Virus record (IMG/VR): IMGVR_UViG_3300031772_002569
Location: 10,031-74,030 of that record
Source: a virus
Reading direction: 5' to 3' (one strand)
DNA length: 64,000 nucleotides
Under the pieces are notes generated by a model. The model saw only the letters and a program-made list of their open reading frames with translations. It did not search any database and was not told where the DNA came from. The position numbers were made by a program, and so were the translations under genes. This document shows, piece after piece, positions 39,506 to 49,411 of the stretch (within the stretch, counting starts at the first letter, position 1; every line of letters starts with the position of its first letter).

Positions 39506-41834
39506 AGTCAATAAATACTTCCAAGTGGTCACATACATATCCTTTGGTTAGACTCTTGGATTTATCTCCGAATTCACCGTTTTTTGAAGTCGTGGACATT
39601 CTGTGTAATTCTTTTCGTAAAGCGTCCCTATATGGGCCTGAATCGGTTTTTACCCACCATCCTTTTTTATCCAGTATGTTTTCTTCCTTTACATGTTCAC
39701 CTAGATGGTGCCACAATGGTCCCTCGTATGTGAATTTCTTACGTGATGAATTGGTGTATAAAAACGTATCGTATTTTTCTTCCCACGACTTATCATCATC
39801 CGCATCTACATCCACGCCTTTTTTCGCTCTTTGAAAAGACCAAGGAGATCCTTCTTCTTTGTCTGTTAATTTTTTATAATCAGGATGTTGATTAGTTATT
39901 TTGTTTCCTTCTTTGTCTTTGACGTATTGTGTTCTTTGTCTCTGTCCTTTTCCTCTACTCTTCGGATCTGTGAATTCGCTTCCTCCTAACAGAAATTTTT
40001 CTATGTAAGGCCACACAAATGCGTAAATACCTTTTTTGGATGGAGGTTGATGGAATGTGGAATCTTCTTCTCTTCCTCCTTTATATCCTTTTTGCTTTGT
40101 TAAACTTAATCCACCGTAAGTTACAAACGTTAACTTTTTATCTTTAAATGGATTATGTTTTTCCTCTTTTATTCCTGTTTTTAATTTGAATGATGGACAG
40201 TGCATAGAATGTTTTAACGTATCCGATGAATCGATACTGCTTTTGTGTTTTTTAATGATTCTTCCTGTTTTGTTTTTTATCCAAATAGATGCTGATTGTT
40301 TAATTTCATCATCTGGATTACCCCACCAAAAAATGAAATCTGAATCCTCTCTCCATCTCCACCTGTCATCGTTTCTGTTATATCCAGGTACTTGAAAATG
40401 AGTCAAAACTTCGTCTGACGAATTTATTGCTTTAACGTTATAGTCATTATCCACGGTTCCTACCCATATTCGAGTTTTGTTTTCTTTATTTTCTTTCAGT
40501 GAAGCTTTTTTGTCATACAACTGATTAATTCCGTCTCTCAATTTTTTAAGTTGGCCAAATTGTCTCAATGACTTGAAAACTATATTTTCATTACTAAATT
40601 CTCCCTTGGAACTAAGCCCCACTTCTCGGTATGCAGTGATAGATTTCATTAATTCTTTAAGGTTTTCTAAGTCTTCTGACTCTAATGAGGATTTTATCTT
40701 GTGACAAATTTGGTGGTATTTTTTCTTTATTAATCCTCTATCGAGTTGTATGTTTTGTTTTTCTGGTTCTTTAACCCATTCATCAGTCAATACTGAATAG
40801 ACTCCTATTGAACGATTGTTGTCGCCTAAATCTTGTATATAAACTTCTACATTATGACCCTTTATTCTTATCGATTCGTGTTCTGTGTTCCATCTGAATC
40901 CATAATTATTCATTATTTTTCTTACATATTCCGGATCAATTTTTTCCTTAGATATGTCAACGACTATATGAAGATCTATGTCGCTGGAGGGAGTCCAGTT
41001 GTAGTTTGCTGAAGAACCTAAAAATAGTATGTCCTCTATTCCTTGTTTTAAATCTGTGTTTTTATAGAAATCACTGGCTACACTTAACAAGCTTTTTCTT
41101 ACTTCTGGTCTAAGTTTATTTTCATCATTCCAAAGATTTTTATCTAAACTTTTATTTACCACTCTCATTTTGGATTCTGCAATAGAACCTTTCATGTAAT
41201 TGGCTTGAGCTATGCTTTTATAGTCTCCTTGTGCTTGTATTTTTTTTGCGTATGAATTTTTAATATTACTCTCTAATTCATCGTCAGTCATTCCTACACT
41301 TTGTTGTAACGATTTTATCTTTTTTCTTAGAATTATTTTTTCGTCTGGAGTAGCAGTGTGTAATTGTATGATTAATGATATTAACTCTTTTCTGATATCC
41401 TGACTCATTTCCTTTGAATTTGTAGTAATTTTTGGTTTCCATTTTTCTAGGTATCTACTATTCGAAAATTCCCAATCAAATTCTTTTATGTTTAATCGTA
41501 ATTTTTTAAACATATCCTCTATTACTTGATGATATTTATAGGTAGTTTCTCGGCTATCATATACCGATGCTATATAATTTTCCGGCCACATGCGACCACA
41601 TACTAATTCTTTAGAGTAGTCTGAGGGGTCTATTGAATCTCTTAACGATTCGTGCCATCCATGAATGTAATCAGTACTGGTATGGATACATTTTATTTGT
41701 GTATCAGAACCATTACGTGATTGATATACCAAGAAAGCAACATTCGGCTTTTGGTCTGAACAACTTATTATTTCTTCTCCATTGAACGAGACTGTATCCG
41801 GATCTTCTTTTAAGATGGGGACTTTTGTATGCAT
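39495..41834 (-). CDS. multidomain protein with a Pol-beta-superfamily nucleotidyltransferase domain (putative polyprotein)
   Basis: GSSANYNW...SDIDLHIVVD, VEVYIQD, GEFSNENIVFKSLR; segments separated by ILKE, IAE, LKE and IKE. Confidence 0.8.
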   Translation of the reverse strand: MHTKVPILKEDPDTVSFNGEEIISCSDQKPNVAFLVYQSRNGSDTQIKCIHTSTDYIHGWHESLRDSIDPSDYSKELVCGRMWPENYIASVYDSRETTYKYHQVIEDMFKKLRLNIKEFDWEFSNSRYLEKWKPKITTNSKEMSQDIRKELISLIIQLHTATPDEKIILRKKIKSLQQSVGMTDDELESNIKNSYAKKIQAQGDYKSIAQANYMKGSIAESKMRVVNKSLDKNLWNDENKLRPEVRKSLLSVASDFYKNTDLKQGIEDILFLGSSANYNWTPSSDIDLHIVVDISKEKIDPEYVRKIMNNYGFRWNTEHESIRIKGHNVEVYIQDLGDNNRSIGVYSVLTDEWVKEPEKQNIQLDRGLIKKKYHQICHKIKSSLESEDLENLKELMKSITAYREVGLSSKGEFSNENIVFKSLRQFGQLKKLRDGINQLYDKKASLKENKENKTRIWVGTVDNDYNVKAINSSDEVLTHFQVPGYNRNDDRWRWREDSDFIFWWGNPDDEIKQSASIWIKNKTGRIIKKHKSSIDSSDTLKHSMHCPSFKLKTGIKEEKHNPFKDKKLTFVTYGGLSLTKQKGYKGGREEDSTFHQPPSKKGIYAFVWPYIEKFLLGGSEFTDPKSRGKGQRQRTQYVKDKEGNKITNQHPDYKKLTDKEEGSPWSFQRAKKGVDVDADDDKSWEEKYDTFLYTNSSRKKFTYEGPLWHHLGEHVKEENILDKKGWWVKTDSGPYRDALRKELHRMSTTSKNGEFGDKSKSLTKGYVCDHLEVFIDSKI

Positions 41835-42634
41835 TACTTACGGGATTTTATTCCCTTGATTTTCTTGGATTTTACAGACTCTCCCATTCCATTATTGGCA
41901 TAATATTTTTCTGCATGGGATAGACTGTCTTCGTGACACGATGGGCATAATGTGGATGATGTTCCTGGATGTATTTTCTTTCCACATTTTTTACATTTTC
42001 CACTCTTTATAGCTTGTTGTGTTCTATCTTTTTCTGATTGATTTGAATCCTCGCCTAATCTGTTCCCTTCAATTAATTCATCAATCCGACTCTGTATTAA
42101 TCTTGAAGCGTGGTCAATGTCATAAGTAGAAGCGGTTTTTGAATTTTTTACCAACCAATATGCAGCACTTTGAATCTGCATCATTAAGTTTAGTTTTTTA
42201 CCCTTCTCGTGATCGTCGTTTTCTTCTTGAATTACCTCTTGAACCAATTGTGTTATTACCTCTTTTAATGTGGTAGTTGCATCACCTGGTTTGCTGCTAA
42301 CTTTGTATTCTTCAGAATTTGGTTGTTCACCCCAATAATGAACGTCACCGTGTTCTTCAGCTAACGATAAATCTTTCTTTCCATACATTTCTTCGTATGC
42401 AGTCTTTAAATCTACAGCGGGAGATTTTGGATCACGGACATGAAATATCTTATTGGTTAATGGAACATTTCTTTGAATTTCGGTTTTACCGGCCGGCAAC
42501 TCAACCTCTACGGCAGCCGTCCTATTGTCTGGGTTCATTTCTATCTTTTTAATAGAAAATGTTTGTGGTCTTAATCCAGTGGTAACTATGAAAATCTTAT
42601 TATACTGTTGTGAGGATGGTCTTATTGGTATCAT
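41834..42634 (-). CDS. hypothetical late protein with internal leader-like helix and C-terminal Zn ribbon
   Basis: LKEVITQLVQEVIQE, CKKC...CPSC; TATTTATA at 42668-42675. Confidence 0.75.
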   Translation of the reverse strand: MIPIRPSSQQYNKIFIVTTGLRPQTFSIKKIEMNPDNRTAAVEVELPAGKTEIQRNVPLTNKIFHVRDPKSPAVDLKTAYEEMYGKKDLSLAEEHGDVHYWGEQPNSEEYKVSSKPGDATTTLKEVITQLVQEVIQEENDDHEKGKKLNLMMQIQSAAYWLVKNSKTASTYDIDHASRLIQSRIDELIEGNRLGEDSNQSEKDRTQQAIKSGKCKKCGKKIHPGTSSTLCPSCHEDSLSHAEKYYANNGMGESVKSKKIKGIKSRK

Positions 42635-42732
42635 ACGTATTCTTTTAAAATGTTTATTGTATCTCTTTATAAATATAGACAGTTAGTTTACTAATGATAA
42701 TTTTTACATACTTACATTGTATAAAATATGTC

Positions 42733-43233
42733 TTACACATATTGTTCTAATGTTTTTATTGTATTACGTGTATTGGTATGCAATATTCCTATTCCTCCTT
42801 TACTTATCCATTCATCTATTACAATTTTTGTATCATCTATCATAATATCATTAGGTTTCGAATACTCTTGTTTTTTATGTTTATTAACAACTAAAATAAT
42901 GTCACTCTCACGCAAGGATGGGATGTGTCTTCGTAACCAAGTCATTTTACCTTTATAGACTACATTATCAACTTCATTACGTTTGCCCATAGCACTTAGT
43001 ATTTTAACTCTCAAGAAATTGGATGTCACGTAAGACCATAATTCTTTACCGTCATCAAGCCACTCCAGATCAATAAAGAATCGTTCCACACCGTAATTTT
43101 CAGCGACAGACCAAGCACTATCATCACTACCAAAATAATCCCTTGGTTTTCCACTGATCCTTTCTATACCACCATTAAAATTTACAATTACTCCATCCAT
43201 ATCCACATACACCGTTCTGTTTATTTCGTTCAT
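42733..43233 (-). CDS. HAD-family 5'(3')-deoxyribonucleotidase
   Basis: VYVDMDGVIVNF, ILSA, GKMTW, IMIDDT...W...GGIGILH. Confidence 0.85.
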   Translation of the reverse strand: MNEINRTVYVDMDGVIVNFNGGIERISGKPRDYFGSDDSAWSVAENYGVERFFIDLEWLDDGKELWSYVTSNFLRVKILSAMGKRNEVDNVVYKGKMTWLRRHIPSLRESDIILVVNKHKKQEYSKPNDIMIDDTKIVIDEWISKGGIGILHTNTRNTIKTLEQYV

Positions 43234-43421
43234 ATATTTGTTTGTTTATGTCTATAAATAGTTTATCATCATTATAACAAATTGACAACTTATTTTTTAC
43301 TTGTACTTTAGAGCGAGAGCGAAACAATGAGCGATAGCGAGGTGTAGCGACTGGCTCGATTGAATAAAGTAGAAAGTTATGATCAAATATAACTGGTTTA
43401 AAAGTACAAAGTAAATACTAG

Positions 43422-43488
43422 GTACTGAGTACTGAGTACTGAGTACTGAGTACTGAGTACTGAGTACTGAGTACTGAGTACTGAGTAC
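43422..43488. repeat. tandem repeat (GTACTGA)9 plus a partial unit
   Basis: Nine perfect 7-mers plus GTAC, then a degenerate copy to about 43500; intergenic. Confidence 0.95.
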
Positions 43489-43505
43489 ACTGGAGTACTG
43501 GAAAT

Positions 43506-43700
43506 TTATTTAGGAAGGAATCTAGTTTTTAAAATTTTAGATTTTATCTCTCTTACAAACTTAGGATATTCTACTGATCCGGTTTCGTGCCAGGCATTTG
43601 ACCCACAACGTTGTCCGTAGTCAGGCCCAGGTAAAACATGAGATAAATTTTCGTCATCGTATTCAACGAAAATCGGCTTCACTCTTGATGATTTTTTCAT
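43506..43700 (-). CDS. small hypothetical protein
   Basis: 64-aa ORF with GGAG upstream. Confidence 0.5.
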   Translation of the reverse strand: MKKSSRVKPIFVEYDDENLSHVLPGPDYGQRCGSNAWHETGSVEYPKFVREIKSKILKTRFLPK

Positions 43701-43768
43701 ACCAACTCCACTGGTAATAAATATAAAAATCTATTACAAATAGTGAAAGTTAATATGTAAATTTTCTA

Positions 43769-44533
43769 TTAAAAACCTTCTCCTTTATTACTTGCATCAA
43801 CGATTCTCTTTATTTCATTTCCGGAATGTTGAATCAGTGATTTTAATCCAAAATGTAAAGGAGATGGCCACCGTCCATATTCTACCCACTTATATTTATC
43901 TGTTTCCCAATTTAATTTTGGGTCAAATTCGTCATCTACAACGGCTAAGAAATTGTGATATTGGAATCCGGATTTTTGGTCTTTGTAAACATACAACGGA
44001 ATAAGTTTTTCAATTATTCCCCTAAACCCTACTTCTTCGGATGCTTCTCTTGATACAGCCTGTGATGGATTTTCACCCGAGTCAATTGCACCACCCCACA
44101 CACCCCAAGTTTCAGGTTGTAAAACCATAGCTGATCTCAACGGCAAAAGAAGTCGTCCGGTGGTTTTTGCCATAAAAATACAACCAGCTCCCTGTTTTCC
44201 CCAAAAGCCCGTTTTGACCAAAGCATCTCCGTGTTCTGAATCGGATTCTTTTAGGACTCCTGAAATCTTATCAACCAACGCATCATATTCAGTATCCTCA
44301 GGTTCTTCTTGGTATTCTTTTTCTAACACATCTCTAGCTTTTTGTAATGCACGAAATACATCCAATCGGTCATTTGTCTTCAACGCACGGTCGATAAACT
44401 GAACAGCGACCTGCATATCCAAAATAAAGTCTGCCACGGAATCATCCGCCACCGATATCATATCCATTAGTTGTTCCTTAGCCTCGGCAAGTAATTCTAT
44501 CAATTCATCGTTTGTCATGTCAACCCTTTCCAA
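43769..44533 (-). CDS. Nudix hydrolase with N-terminal helical domain
   Basis: Nudix box GGAIDSGENPSQAVSREASEEVG, LNWE, LHFGL; VLKE linker before the Nudix domain. Confidence 0.88.
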   Translation of the reverse strand: MERVDMTNDELIELLAEAKEQLMDMISVADDSVADFILDMQVAVQFIDRALKTNDRLDVFRALQKARDVLEKEYQEEPEDTEYDALVDKISGVLKESDSEHGDALVKTGFWGKQGAGCIFMAKTTGRLLLPLRSAMVLQPETWGVWGGAIDSGENPSQAVSREASEEVGFRGIIEKLIPLYVYKDQKSGFQYHNFLAVVDDEFDPKLNWETDKYKWVEYGRWPSPLHFGLKSLIQHSGNEIKRIVDASNKGEGF

Positions 44534-45609
44534 TCTCCAACTATTTTTTCATCCCAATACAGAATGTTTACAATTTGTTTGTTTCTGAAAAACGGATGTG
44601 ATTTAATATAATCATCAACTTTAGGGTTATGATGCCAAGAAGAATGTTTTGTATCGTCGGAAATCATAACCTCAATCTCCTTACCCCTAACTACGTAAAT
44701 TAATATAGAAACGTAATCCGCGTCAATACGTTTTCCAAGAAAATTTCTAACTTGATAATGATATGCGACCATTCGATTCCACACATAGGCATTTTTGCCT
44801 GAAATAATCAATCCATACTGGTCATGTGCTACACATTCTTTTACCTCCCTATCGGTTGGGTCTATAAAAACTTCTACATAATCTGACTTGCCGGCGATGT
44901 TTGTCGTGAAAGAACTCAAAAACGATTCCCCTATGGTTCCCAGATTATGGATTCCCTTCGCCTGATAATCTCTTATGTCATTTAAAGTGGAATCCCCACC
45001 TTCTACGAACCAACGAGACATAGAACCCAGGCCATGAATAAAATTCAAAAGTTGGTCCATTTTTATAATTTTCTTTTCTGGCTCCCGTTCAGACTCAACA
45101 CCAACAGCTATTTTATACAAAGTCCTACTCCTATCGCTATACCTACCATTTCCTCCGGATTCCATCTCTCCAGTGTTTCTAAACCTGTTGGAACCCGACT
45201 TATCAGATATAAAAACGAACCACCTATCCCATTCCTCTTCTGTTATATCTTTGTATTCATCCTTTTCAAAAAAGCTAGCAGCCGCATTACCATCTTTTAT
45301 ATCACTGTTGATTAAAATTTTAATGATTGTAGTTCTAAGAATTGACCAAATCTTTTCTAATAACTTATCATCAACCCTACTATATTTTACAAATTTTGCC
45401 CAAACCAATTTCAAATCCCTCGCCGGAACCAACTTCCAAGATTGATGTTTTTGACCAGATTGAAATTCTTGCCTAACATCTTCCTCGACATCCGTGAAAT
45501 CCCTCACTAACTCACGTGCATGGGGGTTATGACCACCGATATTAAGATGAAGTTGATCAGATTCACCAATACACTGGTCAACCATCTTTTGTAATTCAGA
45601 TTTTTTCAT
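44515..45609 (-). CDS. hypothetical protein with MKKSELQKMVDQCIGE leader (two domains split at TIGE)
   Basis: Leader-type N-terminus; TATTTATT upstream. Confidence 0.75.
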   Translation of the reverse strand: MKKSELQKMVDQCIGESDQLHLNIGGHNPHARELVRDFTDVEEDVRQEFQSGQKHQSWKLVPARDLKLVWAKFVKYSRVDDKLLEKIWSILRTTIIKILINSDIKDGNAAASFFEKDEYKDITEEEWDRWFVFISDKSGSNRFRNTGEMESGGNGRYSDRSRTLYKIAVGVESEREPEKKIIKMDQLLNFIHGLGSMSRWFVEGGDSTLNDIRDYQAKGIHNLGTIGESFLSSFTTNIAGKSDYVEVFIDPTDREVKECVAHDQYGLIISGKNAYVWNRMVAYHYQVRNFLGKRIDADYVSILIYVVRGKEIEVMISDDTKHSSWHHNPKVDDYIKSHPFFRNKQIVNILYWDEKIVGDWKGLT

Positions 45610-45636
45610 CTTTTAATAAATATCAACCAATCAAAC

Positions 45637-45665
45637 AAAAAGGGTTCCCTTTCGGGAACCCTCTT
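45637..45665 (-). terminator. rho-independent terminator after the sheath gene
   Basis: agggttccc-GAAA-gggaaccct 9-bp stem with GNRA loop and U-tract on the minus strand. Confidence 0.88.
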
Positions 45666-45690
45666 CTAGCTTGCGCGGAACTGTAGGAGA

Positions 45691-48600
45691 TTAAGCGTTT
45701 GGAAAGCTAGCACCCGTAGGGAGCACGTTGAAATCCAACACTATGAATTCTGATGTTCTTGTTGGCTTAATATAGATTTGACCATACAAGACGTTTCTAT
45801 CGATGATATCAGGAGTATTGTTTTCTTCATCCATTTTAACGAAGAAGGCATACAATCCGGACCTTTGTTGAACAGATTCCATATAAGGATTTACAACGCT
45901 CAAGAACTTGTTTCTTGTGGCAGATGTGTTTTGTTCAAATGTCAAGAACTTCGATGTTGAAGCAACGAACTTCTTTAGATTGATTAACAACCTACGAACA
46001 CTGATACGATCCAAAGCCGTAGAGTCATTTTGAAGAGTCTTTTGACCCCAAACAACAACTCCCTGACCAGGGAACGAAGCGATAGGATTAACCTTACCCT
46101 CATACAACGTATCACGTTCTTCGTGAGTAGTTCTATCAGTTACTTGAACAGCGATAGCGATTCCACCACGATTCAATCCAGCAGGAGCATACCATTCGGC
46201 AGCAACCTTATCGTTAGCAGCGAACACAGATGGTAACACAACCGAAGGAGGAACTGTTACAATTTTATTTGTATTAGTGTCAAGAATCTTGACCCAAGGA
46301 TAATAAGCACCAGCATAGTTGGTGTCATATTCGGCTGCATCAGCAACGACTTCATCAATTTGACCGCTGGTTGGATTACCGTCATCCACATACAAATCCA
46401 TGATAAAGAAACAATCTCCACGAGCCTCACACATATCAACTACCAAGTTGGTAACATAAGGATGATGTTGATGAACAATACCGGGAACAACAATCAAGTT
46501 GATATCAAATTCGTCTGCATTTCCCAAAGCGGTTATTGCTTGATTATAAGCAATCGAACCGGCTGAAGAAATACTTGTACAATTTAATCCTTGTGTGTTT
46601 CCAGGAGATATATCACCACCAACGTTGATTGGAGTAGCAGGAGATTGACCGTCAAATCCTCCTTGGAATCCAACCACGAACTTACGCATTTTAACGTAAG
46701 TGGATTCGTTAGCTGAATCATACTCAGAAGGAACAATGTTACTTCCCGTAACCAATGAACCAGTTCCGACTCCGTATAATCTGTAGTCATCATCAAGCGA
46801 GAATAGGATATTTCTTCCAATCGAACCGTAAGAACCAAATTCAGGAAGTGGGCTTAGGTATTGAATGTTATCGTCAGCCGCTCCAATTCCAAGAGAGGAA
46901 GTTGGATACAAAGATGACAATTCCGCGTCAGCTCCGGTAGGAGCATCGTCGAAAACTATACCTGATGGATACTTTCCAGGATTCAAACCATAGACAGAGG
47001 CCTTAGAATACTTGAGTGTAGGAATCCAATTTCCAGCGCTGCTGTTCACAGGAACAGACAAAGCCTCAAATCCGTAAGGAACCACAGACTCAGGAACAAC
47101 AGAGTCAATCATTTCGATACGAACATTTTTGCTGTTATTCGTATAGGTTCCAAACTCAATGATCTTGCCTTGGAAATTAATGTAATTATATCTATCACCC
47201 ACTCTACGAGCAATGAAGTTAGAAGAGTCAGGATTAAGATTAACGTTATTGAACTGTTCCATTATTTGTGGTCGTTTGTCACTATCACTGTATTTACGAA
47301 CAGTTAATGTGAACGAACCCCAATCGCTTCCTGCGACAGTACCTGCCAATTTAACATTGCTTATTTCAATTTTAAATTGTTTGTTAGTGATAGTTCCATC
47401 CGACAACGTATGAACCTTAAACAAGCGGAACCTTGTTGGGTTTTGGCCACTCTGCCAAGGAGCTATCTTTTGGGATACTATCCAAGGAGTAGAAGCGTGG
47501 GTTATAGAGAACTCACTATCACCGTTGGTCAAATCACGGCTGAATTCATCTGTGAAATCAAGCGGATTTCCAATAAAGTTTACTCCATCAGGAAGAACAC
47601 TTCCGGTAATGGCCCAAACAGTATTGTTAGCATACACATCAGCAATGGCGTTATTAAACACCTTGTAAAGATAAGAAGCTTCAATTTTCTGACCAGAAAC
47701 TTGCGTAGCAGGGTCACCTGCGGTAGCAGAAAGTCCGAATACATTGGTGATATACTTGGTGCTAGAAGGATTCAACGAGAACTGATAAGTTCCGATAGCA
47801 GTCGAACTATTAGTGCTTTTCAACGTCAGATTAAAATCTGAAGTAATCGAAGAAGCATTAACATTCGAGCTAGCGGAAATCAACGATGAATTGACGAATC
47901 CAGGAGCCACTAAATCAGAGATGCCTCCGTAAAGGGTATCACCCAATACTGCCAAAACCTTTAATTCAGCAGTAGATGCCGAAGCCCAAGTGTTTGTGCA
48001 AGGATCAAAGGTTGGTTGACCATTCGATGTAAATGTTCCATCATACTTACCAAACGAACCAGATAGAACACCACGCAATTGAATTGTTGGCACTCCACAA
48101 GAACCTGTGGATGTATAGAACGAACCACTTATAAGATGGACTGATAAGAATGGGGCTGCGCCGCCGTTGTTGAAGTTCAATGTTACATCGCTAGAGAATG
48201 AACCACTGAATGTTCCAGCAACGATAGAGGCAGAAAGATTCGAACCAGTAGAAAACAAAGTTGACGTAATCGTTGTATTGCCGAGAGAAACTGTTTGACC
48301 CGAATACAACACGGAACCACTCAAAGATGTTATGCTCAAAGCAGTGTCATCTGCTGCTACAGATTGGAAGGTCACGGTTACGGAAGCGGAATTCAATGTA
48401 AGAGTTCCAGAAGAAATAGATACACTTTGGCTATAATTTGCTGCAATTGAACCAGACAAGGTAATATAAGAACTACCAGAAACTAATGCACCGGCAGAAC
48501 CATTACGATTCCACGTTCCCTTTACACCCCAAATTACGAAAGGATAATTTTGTTTGTATCCGGTCAATCCACCAACACGAACGACGGTAACAAGACCACG

Positions 48601-48855
48601 TTCCTTTAAGTATTCTCCAGCAGTATATGGACCGTAGTAAACACCATCTGGAACACCGAACTGAGATTGAAGATCATTGATATCTGTTATGAGTTTTGGT
48701 GAAAATGCTGGACCTTTAGCGAAAGGTGCCACAACTGCAGCACCAATGTCAGCCACCCCTTGAGCGACCCCAGACAGGTCATTCTCACGCGTGAATACAC
48801 CGGGACTCACAATTCTATCTTCTGGACTGAAACGTCCTCCTTCTTGGATTGGCAT
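45691..48855 (-). CDS. contractile tail sheath protein (T4 gp18-like)
   Basis: SPGVFTRENDLS, KGPAF, YYPWV, VPPS, WYAPAGLNRG, RDTLY..KVNPI, WGQKTLQ, LDRISVRRLL, PTRTSEFI. Confidence 0.95.
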   Translation of the reverse strand: MPIQEGGRFSPEDRIVSPGVFTRENDLSGVAQGVADIGAAVVAPFAKGPAFSPKLITDINDLQSQFGVPDGVYYGPYTAGEYLKERGLVTVVRVGGLTGYKQNYPFVIWGVKGTWNRNGSAGALVSGSSYITLSGSIAANYSQSVSISSGTLTLNSASVTVTFQSVAADDTALSITSLSGSVLYSGQTVSLGNTTITSTLFSTGSNLSASIVAGTFSGSFSSDVTLNFNNGGAAPFLSVHLISGSFYTSTGSCGVPTIQLRGVLSGSFGKYDGTFTSNGQPTFDPCTNTWASASTAELKVLAVLGDTLYGGISDLVAPGFVNSSLISASSNVNASSITSDFNLTLKSTNSSTAIGTYQFSLNPSSTKYITNVFGLSATAGDPATQVSGQKIEASYLYKVFNNAIADVYANNTVWAITGSVLPDGVNFIGNPLDFTDEFSRDLTNGDSEFSITHASTPWIVSQKIAPWQSGQNPTRFRLFKVHTLSDGTITNKQFKIEISNVKLAGTVAGSDWGSFTLTVRKYSDSDKRPQIMEQFNNVNLNPDSSNFIARRVGDRYNYINFQGKIIEFGTYTNNSKNVRIEMIDSVVPESVVPYGFEALSVPVNSSAGNWIPTLKYSKASVYGLNPGKYPSGIVFDDAPTGADAELSSLYPTSSLGIGAADDNIQYLSPLPEFGSYGSIGRNILFSLDDDYRLYGVGTGSLVTGSNIVPSEYDSANESTYVKMRKFVVGFQGGFDGQSPATPINVGGDISPGNTQGLNCTSISSAGSIAYNQAITALGNADEFDINLIVVPGIVHQHHPYVTNLVVDMCEARGDCFFIMDLYVDDGNPTSGQIDEVVADAAEYDTNYAGAYYPWVKILDTNTNKIVTVPPSVVLPSVFAANDKVAAEWYAPAGLNRGGIAIAVQVTDRTTHEERDTLYEGKVNPIASFPGQGVVVWGQKTLQNDSTALDRISVRRLLINLKKFVASTSKFLTFEQNTSATRNKFLSVVNPYMESVQQRSGLYAFFVKMDEENNTPDIIDRNVLYGQIYIKPTRTSEFIVLDFNVLPTGASFPNA

Positions 48856-48928
48856 GGCTTAGTCTTTCTCCTTTATATCAACCGATATAATGTGGTTATT
48901 AAAATTAGATTTCATATTACGAACTAAA

Positions 48929-48936
48929 TATAAATA
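48929..48936 (-). promoter_or_regulatory. putative late promoter TATTTATA for the sheath gene
   Basis: Recurrent octamer. Confidence 0.6.
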
Positions 48937-49082
48937 TATTGTACTTTTTCAAAAGATAAATGAAAATAAATTATTAAACAACATTTTAACGGTATTAGTT
49001 ATAGAATCACGTTCTCCAAATTTTTCAGGAGAAAGAAACTTTATAATTAATTCTGTTTAGTATCAACCAACTTGTAACATTT

Positions 49083-49385
49083 TCATTTCTTTTCAGGAAC
49101 AAAAAGACCTTTATTTAAATCTAAATATCCCTCACCATAAACCTTTATCAACTTGTCTATTAATCCATTTTCCATGTTTTTCAGATTATTCCATTCATCC
49201 TGAAGGTCTTGTTCTTTTTTGGTTAGATTTTTTATAATTTCATCCACCTGCATTTTTTCAAGATATAAAAGACCCATCGAAAAAGTTTTCTCTTGAAACT
49301 TGTCTTGTAACATCTTAATTTCTGCCAATTCATTCTCTGATATTTTTATTGGTTCACTCATAATACATTGTTGTTTTAGATACAT
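49083..49385 (-). CDS. small coiled-coil hypothetical protein
   Basis: Likely starts at MSEPIK; YGEGYLDLNKGLF C-terminus. Confidence 0.7.
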   Translation of the reverse strand: MYLKQQCIMSEPIKISENELAEIKMLQDKFQEKTFSMGLLYLEKMQVDEIIKNLTKKEQDLQDEWNNLKNMENGLIDKLIKVYGEGYLDLNKGLFVPEKK

Positions 49386-49411
49386 ACAACGTCCACCCGT
49401 ATTTAGATTTA

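Noticed and set aside
43422-43500. CRISPR array
   Set aside because: 7-bp units in direct tandem with no spacers, and no cas genes in the window
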